Shown: positions 1 to 9,264 of the stretch, piece by piece | Layout of the letters: every line of letters starts with the position of its first letter | Position numbering within the stretch: position 1 is the first letter of the stretch | Virus record (IMG/VR): IMGVR_UViG_3300009610_000008 | Coordinates: 918-64,917 of that record | Strand: one strand, 5' to 3' | Origin: a virus | Lineage: Duplodnaviria > Caudoviricetes | DNA: 64,000 nucleotides | Program-made: the position numbers and the translations under genes | The notes under the pieces: generated by a model | What the model was told of the DNA's origin: nothing | The model's database searches: none | What the model saw: the letters and a program-made list of their open reading frames with translations, nothing else

Positions 1-175
1 TGACATTGGTGAAGGATGGCGTGGAGGTGGAGACCCACTTCGCCCCCCGTCCATACCCCAAGGGGAGTGCAGGGGACGACAGCATACAGTAACATGGGCT
101 GAGCACCGACCACGTGGATAGTGGATAGTTAGTAACCAACTACTGTCACCTATCCACACTGGTGGAGGTTCGACT

Positions 176-1375
176 ATGGCTAGACTAACGCAAGCAGACT
201 TACTGCACCAGTGGTGTAACCGGGGGGTAACTGAGCATCAACACTCGGGTAACCTTGCCATCACCACCAACGGCAGGGTAATGACCTACGATGGCACAGT
301 GGTAGGCGTGCATCTCAACATAGGCGGGGTACTAATCACACTCTATGCCGACTATGTGGACACCCCATCCCGCTCCCGTGTCTCACCCCACTGGATACCA
401 GGGGAGATACGGCGCGGCATGCCCACTGACCAGCATCATGCGGTGCGGGTATCCAAGCATGTCCTGGGGTACCAGTTGTACTGGCTCAATGGACGGGATG
501 ACCATGCATTACTACGCCACCTGGGGTATCGCATGGTGTCGCAATGGGGTGGGCTGGAGCGGGATGATGCCAAGCTGGCACGCATGAAGGGCAGGCGGTA
601 CGGCGCAATGGTTGCCCACCAGGGGGAATGCGAGGAACGGGCTGAGACGCTGGCCCGGCTGGACACTCTAACTAATGGCACGGTGGGTGAGTTGGCCACC
701 TATCGCAAGGCCCTGCTCGATTCACGATGGACAGACAGTGAGATGGAGGTGGCCAAGGTCTACAGCGACAAGTGGCAGGAGGTGGACAGTGACCGGGTCC
801 ACAGGCATGGGGCATTTGGCCGTGTCTCCTGGGAGGAACAGCAGCGGCGGCGTCGGCAACGTGACATAGAGAGGCAGGCCAAGGAGGAGAAGGACAGTGA
901 GTACTGGACAGCGGATCGCATTGCTGAACTCATCCAGCAGTGGAAGGCCGGGTCCAACAGTGGCCTGTCATACAGCAGTACTGTCCCCCAGTGGGTACTC
1001 ACCAGTGTCGGTGTGACTACCTATCTACGCATCGTAGGCAACGAGGTCGAGACATCACGTGGCGCACGCATAGGTATACGGGCGGCGGCACGGCTGTTGC
1101 AACTGTGTGATGCCACATGGGCAGGCGGGGTGGAGTTGGTCTACGACTATGCCAACCCCGGCCCACAGATTGGACCGTACCAACTGCAATGCATCACCAT
1201 GGACAAGGTCGTCATAGGATGTCATACTCTGTTACGCACCACCATCAATGAATTTAGACCCGTGTTCATGGAGCACGCGGCCAAGCTACGGCAACGGGAT
1301 GCGCGGGAAGATGACATCCTCGCCGAGGAACTGCGACCCATACTGGACACAGTGGACGGCGCGGTTAGTCACTAA
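176..1375 (+). CDS. Hypothetical phage early protein (399 aa)
   Basis: Long ORF with GGAGG SD. The C-terminal segment LRIVGNEVETSRGARI...IGPYQL...VIGCH resembles uncharacterised phage proteins. Its stop codon lies inside the palindrome at 1364. Confidence 0.8.
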   Translation: MARLTQADLLHQWCNRGVTEHQHSGNLAITTNGRVMTYDGTVVGVHLNIGGVLITLYADYVDTPSRSRVSPHWIPGEIRRGMPTDQHHAVRVSKHVLGYQLYWLNGRDDHALLRHLGYRMVSQWGGLERDDAKLARMKGRRYGAMVAHQGECEERAETLARLDTLTNGTVGELATYRKALLDSRWTDSEMEVAKVYSDKWQEVDSDRVHRHGAFGRVSWEEQQRRRRQRDIERQAKEEKDSEYWTADRIAELIQQWKAGSNSGLSYSSTVPQWVLTSVGVTTYLRIVGNEVETSRGARIGIRAAARLLQLCDATWAGGVELVYDYANPGPQIGPYQLQCITMDKVVIGCHTLLRTTINEFRPVFMEHAAKLRQRDAREDDILAEELRPILDTVDGAVSH

Positions 1376-1394
1376 CAACAAAGGAGAACATCAC

Positions 1395-1742
1395 ATGGAA
1401 AAGACATCACGACGCACCGCCAGTGCCACAATGGCTGACCCCAAGGCCAAGGAGCCGGTGCCCACCGAGGCCAGGGTCATTGCCCCGGATGGCACCATCA
1501 CTGAGGTGCAACCAGTCAATGGACATGACTTCAAGCTGGAGGAATTGTATACCCATACCCAGTCCACCACCGTCCAGATGATCGACATGCCCGACGGCCG
1601 CATCATGTGGATGGATGAGGAAGGGAAGTTGAATGGCAAACCACCAAACCCCACGGCTACTGCACTGGTGGCCAAGTGGCTAATGGCTGGTGATTACATT
1701 GCCGGTCATGCCCTGGTGTGTACGAAACGGATGGTGAGATAG
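1395..1742 (+). CDS. DUF3846-like phage protein
   Basis: AAGGAG SD before ATG 1395. The pattern VIAPDG...LEELY...MWMDEEGKLNGKPPNPTAT...YIAGHALV is typical of DUF3846. Confidence 0.75.
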   Translation: MEKTSRRTASATMADPKAKEPVPTEARVIAPDGTITEVQPVNGHDFKLEELYTHTQSTTVQMIDMPDGRIMWMDEEGKLNGKPPNPTATALVAKWLMAGDYIAGHALVCTKRMVR

Positions 1743-1780
1743 GCACCGTCGCACAGCAACCTATTGATTCGCAAGGAGAG

Positions 1781-2257
1781 ATGAACAACATGAAGAACAC
1801 CGCATCGACATCTAAACTATCCAACTTCCTGGCCGAGCTTAACCTCGTGCTGGCCGGTAGCCACAACCTGCCACTGGACGACGACTGCACTGGTGGCATT
1901 GCCATACTGGGCGAGGATGAGAAGTTGGTAGGCACTGTCCCAGAAGGGTTGACACGTGTCCTGTACCTTGTCTCACGGTACTACGATCTCCTCGCCGCCG
2001 AACACCACCTCGCCTATCAGTTCACCGCCGATGGCAGCAAAGCGGAGACTGTCGCCCAGTCTATGAGTATCCTGTGTAAGGAACGTGCCGACACCTACCG
2101 TGCCATGTTCTGGTGCAGTGTCCACGACACCTACCCCCCAGGTAAGGGATACCAGGGGTTGACACTGAGACAGGGGTGGGCAATCACTGAAACCCCCGAG
2201 GAGGATGCGACAACCATTGTGTCCCTACTCAATCTACTCAAGGGTGGAAGGAGGTGA
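1781..2257 (+). CDS. Hypothetical protein
   Basis: AAGGAG SD before ATG 1781/1790; fits operon packing. Confidence 0.7.
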   Translation: MNNMKNTASTSKLSNFLAELNLVLAGSHNLPLDDDCTGGIAILGEDEKLVGTVPEGLTRVLYLVSRYYDLLAAEHHLAYQFTADGSKAETVAQSMSILCKERADTYRAMFWCSVHDTYPPGKGYQGLTLRQGWAITETPEEDATTIVSLLNLLKGGRR

Positions 2258-2364
2258 TGGGATAGCGGACAACTAGCCAGTCACGAGGTGGTGTACTTGG
2301 GTCAACCGCTTGGTACACCACCGCCACCACCAATGATAATGAAACGCAAGGGAGTAAGCATTGT

Positions 2365-4230
2365 ATGGCATTGAAACTAAACAACAAGAGACAACAACAA
2401 CAACCAATCACCACAGTTAGTAACCAACCACCGGCTGACCGCTCGGCGGAGCTTGAGGGTCGCGACACCAGCAACGACGCCATCTACTGGCAGGCAGAGA
2501 TGCTCGACAGCTTGACACGGGAGATGCACGCCTCGATCCCCGCCATTACCTCTATCCGCTACGTGGCATTCGGCGCGGATGCACGTGACGAGGAACGTGA
2601 GAAGTTGCTCACCCTCATGGACCGGCCGAGGTTACAACTCACAGGCCAACAGCTTGCGGTACTCCGGGAGTTAGTCACTAACCCACGCCACATCATGGTA
2701 CGTGCACGCGCAGGCACGGGTAAGACTACCATGATCAATGAGTGCATTGCTTGGCTTGTCCTACTGGCACGGGCACGCGGCGCAGTGGCCCCAACGTATA
2801 GCGCACTCAGCTATCACCAGCTTGGCATCGAGTTTATGAGAGACAATGGCATCGAGGGGCGTGACATAGGCAGGCTCATCGAACTGGGCAAGAGCAATGC
2901 GGGTGGCATCTGGGCAATGCTTGACGCACTGGGTATCAAGGCCAACCCCAACGACGACCAGTTAACCAAGGCACGGGTACGGAAGTTACGTGTCAACCTG
3001 CGCCGCCTCCTTGGGTACTGCAAGAACGAGTGGCGCACCCCGACCGACGCCAATGTCAAGGCCCTATGTGACCGCTATGATGTGACACTGGACAACGGCA
3101 CACTAGACGAGGTGTGTGCTGCACTGCGGGAGTTGCTCGTCATGTCATTGGACCTACGCAAGTGGGGGATCGGCTTTGATGACCAACTCTGGTGGCAAGC
3201 GGAGACACGCGCCGAGTTGACCACTGCACCATCACTCGTATTCGTTGATGAGTACCAGGATACCAACCAACCCCAGGCCGAGATGGTGAGGAAGTTAGTA
3301 CTGGCCGGGGCACGGGTGGTGGTGGTAGGGGACGAGAGACAGGCGATCTTTGGATTCCGCGGAGCCGACACCCGTGCCATGGACAATGGGGAGGTACTGC
3401 TACGTGGCACCGATGATAGAGGGTTGACTGTACTGCCACTGACACAGACGAGGCGCTGTTCCGAGATGGTGGTGCGCCTCACCCAGGCGATAGTACCAGA
3501 CTTCGAATGCCTCCCCGGCACTGCCAAGGGTGGGCTGGGCGTGGTGCAGGACACTGAGCTAATCGCATGGCTGAAACCCGGTGACGTGGTACTCTGCCGC
3601 AACAACGCTGACTTGGTTGCACTCGCCTACAGGTTACTGTCTAAGTCAATCCCCTGCATGATCAAGGGGCGGGACATTGGCGATAAGCTATGCGACCTCG
3701 TCGATGAGGTCAACGCTGGTGGTGAACTGGGTAGGGTGGAGGAGTTTGGTATATCACTGCGGGATTGGTACATGGCCAAGCGGAAGCCACTGCTCATGGA
3801 GGGGGATGATGCCGAGCGACGCCTTGCCACCCTCCAGGACCAGTACGACTGCTTGAACATACTCGCAATGGAAGGCATGGACGCGGGTAAGATCAAGAAT
3901 ACAATACGCTTTGTCTTTGGCGACGGGGCAAGGAATGGGAAGGTAACACTCAGCACTGGCCACAAGTTCAAGGGCTTGGAAGTAGAGACAAGTGATAACA
4001 GACTGGTACTGCTACGCCCCGATAGGCTGGGGTTAACTGGCCGTAACCAGGAGGACACCATGCAGGAGAGCAATGTATTGAATGTCATGTTGACACGTGC
4101 CAAGGGTGGGCTGTACTTTGTCCCATTCGTTGGCAAGAAGGGCACGATGGTCACCATCCCACGGGTACTGGAGGGCCGGTGGTTGGAACTGATAGCCGAG
4201 ACAAAGGAGGTGATTGACAATGCCGATTGA
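2365..4230 (+). CDS. SF1 UvrD/Rep-like DNA helicase
   Basis: Walker A ARAGTGKT, Walker B FVDEYQD, motif III VGDERQAIFGFRGAD, IV LTQTRRC, V STGHKFKGLE, VI LTRAK. Confidence 0.92.
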   Translation: MALKLNNKRQQQQPITTVSNQPPADRSAELEGRDTSNDAIYWQAEMLDSLTREMHASIPAITSIRYVAFGADARDEEREKLLTLMDRPRLQLTGQQLAVLRELVTNPRHIMVRARAGTGKTTMINECIAWLVLLARARGAVAPTYSALSYHQLGIEFMRDNGIEGRDIGRLIELGKSNAGGIWAMLDALGIKANPNDDQLTKARVRKLRVNLRRLLGYCKNEWRTPTDANVKALCDRYDVTLDNGTLDEVCAALRELLVMSLDLRKWGIGFDDQLWWQAETRAELTTAPSLVFVDEYQDTNQPQAEMVRKLVLAGARVVVVGDERQAIFGFRGADTRAMDNGEVLLRGTDDRGLTVLPLTQTRRCSEMVVRLTQAIVPDFECLPGTAKGGLGVVQDTELIAWLKPGDVVLCRNNADLVALAYRLLSKSIPCMIKGRDIGDKLCDLVDEVNAGGELGRVEEFGISLRDWYMAKRKPLLMEGDDAERRLATLQDQYDCLNILAMEGMDAGKIKNTIRFVFGDGARNGKVTLSTGHKFKGLEVETSDNRLVLLRPDRLGLTGRNQEDTMQESNVLNVMLTRAKGGLYFVPFVGKKGTMVTIPRVLEGRWLELIAETKEVIDNAD

Positions 4231-4420
4231 TTGGAATGAGGACGACTGGCGCAGTGTATGGATGGCGGATGGCTCACACTGGATAGGGTATGCCTATGGT
4301 GGGGAGTTTGTCCAGACACGTGATGGACACATCCAGTTGCGCTTCCCCATGTGTGAGGCATGTAACGCACACTGCAAGTCATTGAAAGCAAAGGAGATAC
4401 TGCATGACATGGGTGGATAG
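4214..4420 (+). CDS. Small hypothetical protein (CxxC-containing)
   Basis: AAGGAGGTGA SD; start may be ATG 4220; overlaps the helicase stop. Confidence 0.6.
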   Translation: MTMPIDWNEDDWRSVWMADGSHWIGYAYGGEFVQTRDGHIQLRFPMCEACNAHCKSLKAKEILHDMGG

Positions 4421-4706
4421 ATGGAGGTCCAAGTGGAGGAGGGGGATGTCACTCATCGGTGGTCGCCCAGTCTTTGATGGTGACCTTGTCTACTGGCGGG
4501 GTGATCATACATTCCGCCACCGTGGCTGGGTCTATGCCATGCCGGTCCCACCCGGTGACCCCATGTACCGCGCTGGTGTCAATGCCACATTACTATTGCT
4601 CCCCACTAGTGGTGACTGTATACTGGTACGGCCATTGGCACTGGATGAGATACACAATGCCGGTGTCGTCTATGGGTTGGTGGTGGAAAGGGAACAACAA
4701 CAATGA
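4404..4706 (+). CDS. Hypothetical protein
   Basis: AAGGAG SD; ATGA-coupled to the next gene. Confidence 0.6.
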   Translation: MTWVDRWRSKWRRGMSLIGGRPVFDGDLVYWRGDHTFRHRGWVYAMPVPPGDPMYRAGVNATLLLLPTSGDCILVRPLALDEIHNAGVVYGLVVEREQQQ

Positions 4707-5176
4707 CAATCAGCGAGAACTTCGACAGCGAGGAGTTTGCCTGTAGCTGTGGCTGTGGGCAGGGTGCTGGGTGGGCGGACGAGGCGGTGCCCGAGAACCT
4801 GTATGACATGGACGACCGCCTCATCGAGGGCCTGCAACTGCTACGTGACAACACGGGGGTGCCGGTAATTATCGTCAGTGGGGCGAGATGTCAAACATCC
4901 AACGACGCCATCCCCAATAGTGCGCCGGGATCAAAGCACCTGGAGAATCTGGCGGCGGACATCGCCATGCCGGGGTGGACGATGGCCATGATCTACGACG
5001 AGTTGATCAAGATCCCCCAATTCAATCACGGCGGTATTGGCATAGGCCACGGCATCGTACACGTAGACGTTAGTGATGAACGGCGTTGGTCATACGATTG
5101 TCACGGCCAACAGTGTGACTTCATCGACCCACGGGGGGAGGACGGCATTGCCAGCACAGCCGACGACCTTGCCTGA
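4703..5176 (+). CDS. Peptidase M15A (Peptidase_M15_3)-like zinc peptidoglycan peptidase
   Basis: SENF..EEFAC at the N-terminus, SGARC, SKH..xxAADI, GIG...VHVDV zinc-ligand motifs. Confidence 0.88.
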   Translation: MTISENFDSEEFACSCGCGQGAGWADEAVPENLYDMDDRLIEGLQLLRDNTGVPVIIVSGARCQTSNDAIPNSAPGSKHLENLAADIAMPGWTMAMIYDELIKIPQFNHGGIGIGHGIVHVDVSDERRWSYDCHGQQCDFIDPRGEDGIASTADDLA

Positions 5177-5398
5177 TGGTTCACCACAATGCGAACACCG
5201 GTGGACAATCGACCACCTCAGCGGGGAACGTGAACGTTGTAGTAGTCCCGCCACCCACTACTGCGCGAATTGCGACAAAGCCCTCTGTCTCACCGACGTG
5301 CTGGTGTGCGGGGACTTTGGTTTCAATGGTGGTTGCGACGCCAAGTTGGGAGGTCGACCACTGTTGCCCCCGCCTGCGGGGCGGTTGGTGACTAACTG

Positions 5399-5457
5399 AA
5401 ATTTTATTTTACATTTTTCAGTTGACACGCCGCGTCAATCGTTGTATATTCAAATAG
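5399..5457 (+). promoter_or_regulatory. Sigma70 promoter with AT-rich UP element and overlapping TTGAC-N7-GTCAA inverted repeat
   Basis: TTGACA 5422-5427, 17-bp spacer, TATATT 5445-5450; AT tract 5399-5419; inverted repeat 5422-5438. Confidence 0.85.
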
Positions 5458-5681
5458 TGGCGCACGACTTCGCAACCCTCGCTCAACATATAGGAATATC
5501 CACTCGCCACCTATACCGCATACTCAATGAGGGTAGTAGACCTAGTGTCGCAGTGCTAGGCAGGTTGGCGGCAGCCATGGATGTAACCATGGATGAACTA
5601 TTGAACACTATAGACGGCGCGGCAGATGTACAGTTAAGGAAACGTGCTGGCCGTGGCAAGCGACGTAGAGTTAGTAACTAA
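5457..5681 (+). CDS. Small XRE/Cro-type HTH regulator, probably leaderless
   Basis: FATLAQHIGISTRHLYRILNEGSRPSVAVLGRLAAAMDVTMDEL is an HTH_3 pattern. GTG 5457 coincides with the predicted +1; the ORF-track TTG 5442 lies inside the promoter. Confidence 0.85.
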   Translation: MAHDFATLAQHIGISTRHLYRILNEGSRPSVAVLGRLAAAMDVTMDELLNTIDGAADVQLRKRAGRGKRRRVSN

Positions 5682-5707
5682 CCAATCAAGGAGAACAGTT
5701 AACTCGT

Positions 5708-6940
5708 ATGGCAACCGAACAAGTAGCAGTAACCAAGACACCCAAGGCCCCGCCCGTGGCACCATCCAAGGGCAGCAAGGGTACCACGGTGGACCTCACC
5801 GCCACACCCCTGGTCATCACCTCAGCCCAACAGTTGGACGTCAAATCCATTGTCCTGGTTGACAACCCCGGCCGAATGGATGGCGATAACAAGTTGGAGA
5901 CCCTACGCCATGCCATTGAGCAGGCTGGCCAAGTCCTCAACCCCATCACTATTAGACCTACCACCGAAGATGATGGCGACCTCCACGCTGATGGCAAGTA
6001 TGCAGTGGTAGATGGCAGACGACGCTTTCGATGCGCCAAGTCCATTGGATTCAAAACTGTACCCGTTGTCTTGTGGAACCCCGGCAAGGGCAAGGAGCGT
6101 ATCACCAGTGTGCAGGGTGCGATACTTGCCAACCTCGCCAACCGCTCTCTCACTGCCCCTGAAATGTTAAATGCATTCCTGGCCCTGGCTGACGACATGG
6201 ACTGGGATGTCAAGGTCCCCAAGCTGGGCGAGAAGGGCATTGGGACATGTGGCAAGGACGTCGAGAAGTTGGCCCGTTACACTGAGACATCCAAGGCCAC
6301 CATCTACAGGACATTACGTCTCGGTCTACTGGACAAGGACATCCTCAAGAAGGTCCACAACAAAGAAGTTGGTGCCGACGCCGCCCGTGACATGGGTGGG
6401 CTGGTGCAAAATGGGTACCTCACCGAGGAGCAGGCAACGCTTGTCTTCGAGGAAGCCCTGGACATGAATGCCAAGAAGGCGAAGATCGACAATCGCCGTG
6501 ACCCCAACGCCCCAGACACCCGTACCCCCGATCAAATACGGCTCGACAACCTGGAACGTAAGCGTAAGAAACTCAAGCGCGCCGCCGCCGCCAAGGCCAA
6601 CGGGGGTGGTGGTGAGGTTGAGGAAGAGGAGGTCATCGCAGTGTCAAAGGCTGACCTCAAAGTTGCTGCCGCCAAGCTGGAGAAGGAGGGGAAGTTGACC
6701 ACCAAGGCCAGTGCTGCTGTCGCTGAGGCCAGTGCCAAGGGTGCGGGGATCTCGGCTGATGCCAAGCAGATGGCCATGCGATTGAAACATCTCGATGACG
6801 TATGTGAGGATCTCATTAACGATGAAAATCCCCACATCGCCAAGCTGGGTGCGGCTCTCACCAAGTTCATGGAAGGACAACTCCTTGCCCCCGAGTTGGT
6901 GAAACAATTCGAGAAGCACTGCCTCCCCGCCACTGAGTAG
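5708..6940 (+). CDS. parB: ParB/Spo0J/KorB-family protein (ParB N-domain + HTH + K/A/E-rich tail)
   Basis: NPGR, VLNPITIRP, YAVVDGRRRFRCAK..G.KTVPV (GxxR motif), NLANRSLTAPE, then HTH-like VEKLARYTETSKATIYRTLRL; AAGGAG SD. Confidence 0.88.
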   Translation: MATEQVAVTKTPKAPPVAPSKGSKGTTVDLTATPLVITSAQQLDVKSIVLVDNPGRMDGDNKLETLRHAIEQAGQVLNPITIRPTTEDDGDLHADGKYAVVDGRRRFRCAKSIGFKTVPVVLWNPGKGKERITSVQGAILANLANRSLTAPEMLNAFLALADDMDWDVKVPKLGEKGIGTCGKDVEKLARYTETSKATIYRTLRLGLLDKDILKKVHNKEVGADAARDMGGLVQNGYLTEEQATLVFEEALDMNAKKAKIDNRRDPNAPDTRTPDQIRLDNLERKRKKLKRAAAAKANGGGGEVEEEEVIAVSKADLKVAAAKLEKEGKLTTKASAAVAEASAKGAGISADAKQMAMRLKHLDDVCEDLINDENPHIAKLGAALTKFMEGQLLAPELVKQFEKHCLPATE

Positions 6941-6970
6941 CCCACAGTAGCCCACAGTAGACAACAGTTC

Positions 6971-7058
6971 CCCTGGTCATGGCCTACACGTCCCCCCTGG
7001 GGACTACAGCGTGGCCAGGGTAACGCCGGGTGGTAGGGACGGCATACTTGCCACCCGG
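6971..7058 (+). other. Structured intergenic element (nested hairpins)
   Basis: Outer stem CCCTGGTCA/TGGCCAGGG around the GTCCCC-CCT-GGGGAC hairpin; second hairpin CCGGGTGGTAG/TTGCCACCCGG at about 7026-7058. Confidence 0.55.
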
Positions 7059-7089
7059 TAGTTAGTGACCAACAACTGGAGAACCAATC

Positions 7090-8370
7090 ATGGCATTACG
7101 TTTCCGCCCACACGAATCCCTATCATCCATCACCCGTGTCTTGCGCCAGTACCTCCATCTCCCTGACCCCCAGGTGTTGTATGTCGTACTTGGCACAGTC
7201 GCAGGTAACCATCTCCCTGGCCCACCCATCTGGACAATGTTAATCGGTGGCCCCAGTGCCGGTGGCTCGACACTCATCAATGCCTTACTTGGCTACACTG
7301 ACGAGGAGAGTGGTGAACATCTCGTCACCCCAGTTAGACATACATACGGTCTCGACAGTGTCAAGGGTGAGGCCGCATTCTTATCTGGTACACCCAAGCG
7401 GGACAAGGCCAAGGATGCGACAGGTGGTGTACTGAAACAGATCGAACGCGCTGGCGGCAATGGCCTACTGGTCATGAGTGATTTCACCAACATCCTCAAC
7501 CTCAGGCCAGAACAACTCAACGAGGTGGTGGCCTGCCTGCGTATGATTTATGATGGCAAGTTCTACCGCGCCGTGGGCACTGATGGTGCTCGAATGTTAC
7601 AGTGGCAGGGCAAGGTTGGGTGTATCACTAAATCCACTGGTGCCATTGAATCCCATCACGGTGTCATGGGTGAGATGGGCCAACGGTTTATTATGTGGAG
7701 GTATACGACAACCTGGGGCCACAGTGAGAACCTCAAGGCATTGGCGGTACGTAGTAAACGTGACATGGCTATCGACATTGCCCGCGCCGTAAGTGACCAC
7801 CTCAATCGCACACTGGACATTGTCGACAAGGGTGATACACCGTTTGAACTGGAGGTGTACGAGAACCAGTGGACAAACTTTGCCGCCCAGTTTATATGCA
7901 GAGCACGCAGTATCATCCGCCGCGACAAGTTCAAGAGCGACATTGTCGAGTTCGTCCCACCCCCCGAAGGTCCAATGAGACTATCACAGGAGTTCAAGTC
8001 CCTGTTCCTGGGGATGCAGGCCGCTGGCGTGGATGATAGTGATGCCCACCGTGCCTTGAATGCCATGCTATGGGGGTCGATGCAAAGTGTCCGTGGTCTC
8101 ACATTGCAAGTGATGCTGTCCATCCTGCGTGACAAGGGCGCACCCACCGCGAAACATAGCTTCAACAGTGAGGAGATAGACAAGGGGATGGATGTGCAGT
8201 TCGAGGCTATGGGTTACCGCATGACTAGCCCCACGACGATACATCGCACTATGGATGACATTGAACATCTCGGTCTCATACGACGCACTGCCGGGAGACG
8301 GGGTAAGAAGTTGGAATGGAAACTTGCCGACGACACCGCCGAGTTGTGCAAGGGATTACGCATACTGTAG
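7090..8370 (+). CDS. AAA+/MCM-like P-loop protein with C-terminal winged helix (putative replication helicase or loader)
   Basis: PIWTMLIGGPSAGGST (Walker A-like, lysine missing), LLVMSDF (Walker B-like), LRMIYDG, GQRF arginine finger, C-terminal TTIHRTMDDIEHLGLIRR. Confidence 0.6.
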   Translation: MALRFRPHESLSSITRVLRQYLHLPDPQVLYVVLGTVAGNHLPGPPIWTMLIGGPSAGGSTLINALLGYTDEESGEHLVTPVRHTYGLDSVKGEAAFLSGTPKRDKAKDATGGVLKQIERAGGNGLLVMSDFTNILNLRPEQLNEVVACLRMIYDGKFYRAVGTDGARMLQWQGKVGCITKSTGAIESHHGVMGEMGQRFIMWRYTTTWGHSENLKALAVRSKRDMAIDIARAVSDHLNRTLDIVDKGDTPFELEVYENQWTNFAAQFICRARSIIRRDKFKSDIVEFVPPPEGPMRLSQEFKSLFLGMQAAGVDDSDAHRALNAMLWGSMQSVRGLTLQVMLSILRDKGAPTAKHSFNSEEIDKGMDVQFEAMGYRMTSPTTIHRTMDDIEHLGLIRRTAGRRGKKLEWKLADDTAELCKGLRIL

Positions 8371-8386
8371 AAGGAGAATGGAACCA

Positions 8387-9049
8387 ATGACAATCAATCG
8401 AGACGAAGTACCAACAGTGGCAGAGCAAGTGTCCTCGCTGGAGAATGGGTATGCTGACCTGCTGTTGGAGAACAAGGCTCTTGGTGAGTCGATCCAGTTA
8501 CTAACCAAGCAGGTGCATGAACTGGAGGATCAACAGGCGATCACGCGGCAGGCATACCAGAACCTACTGGCTGAGAAGGATGGCACTATCGCTGGGCTGG
8601 ACGCCATTGTCGCCGAGAAGAACGCAGAGATCAAAGCCTGTCATGAGACGATCAGGCACAGCAACGAGACGATCAAGGGATTAGACGCGGCACTGGCCCA
8701 GGCGCGGGAATGCAATGCTCGGCTCGACCACCAGTTGGAACAGCAGGGTCGCCGCACGGCCACCAGTGTACGCATCGAGGGGTGGGATAAGCAGGACAAC
8801 ATGGTGAGGGCGAACAGCAGTACCTGCGACTGTGACCACCCAGGCCCGTTCGACAGCAACAACCACTGCGTCAAGTGTGGGCGCAAGTACAACGCACCCA
8901 ACCCTGGCCTCAAGTTTGGCGAGATCCAATTGGCCAAGCGCATCTACCATAACATCCACTACCCGGCGATACGGGCATTGCTTGGGTACGAGACGTGCCG
9001 CATACTGGACATCGTGCTGGACCTGGACCAGCCGGGGGTTAGTGACTAA
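8387..9049 (+). CDS. Coiled-coil protein with Cys-rich (zinc-ribbon-like) segment
   Basis: Heptad-rich N-half, CDC...HCVKCG; AAGGAG SD; stop lies inside the palindrome at 9038. Confidence 0.7.
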   Translation: MTINRDEVPTVAEQVSSLENGYADLLLENKALGESIQLLTKQVHELEDQQAITRQAYQNLLAEKDGTIAGLDAIVAEKNAEIKACHETIRHSNETIKGLDAALAQARECNARLDHQLEQQGRRTATSVRIEGWDKQDNMVRANSSTCDCDHPGPFDSNNHCVKCGRKYNAPNPGLKFGEIQLAKRIYHNIHYPAIRALLGYETCRILDIVLDLDQPGVSD

Positions 9050-9051
9050 CC

Positions 9052-9261
9052 ATGACCATCACATTCCACGAGAAGGGCAAGGACCCTATCACCCAGCCGT
9101 ACACCATTGACGTCATGATTGCCATGGGTACCATCAACGAGGACAACGACTCACCCGGCGTACTCATGGCCATGCCGGATGGCGAGTGGCAACTCACTGT
9201 GTCCAACCATAGTGAGGTGTACCTTGGGACGATCACTGTCGACGACGAGAGGGGTACATAG
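9052..9261 (+). CDS. Small acidic hypothetical protein
   Basis: Fills the gap between adjacent genes. Confidence 0.6.
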   Translation: MTITFHEKGKDPITQPYTIDVMIAMGTINEDNDSPGVLMAMPDGEWQLTVSNHSEVYLGTITVDDERGT

Positions 9262-9264
9262 CCT

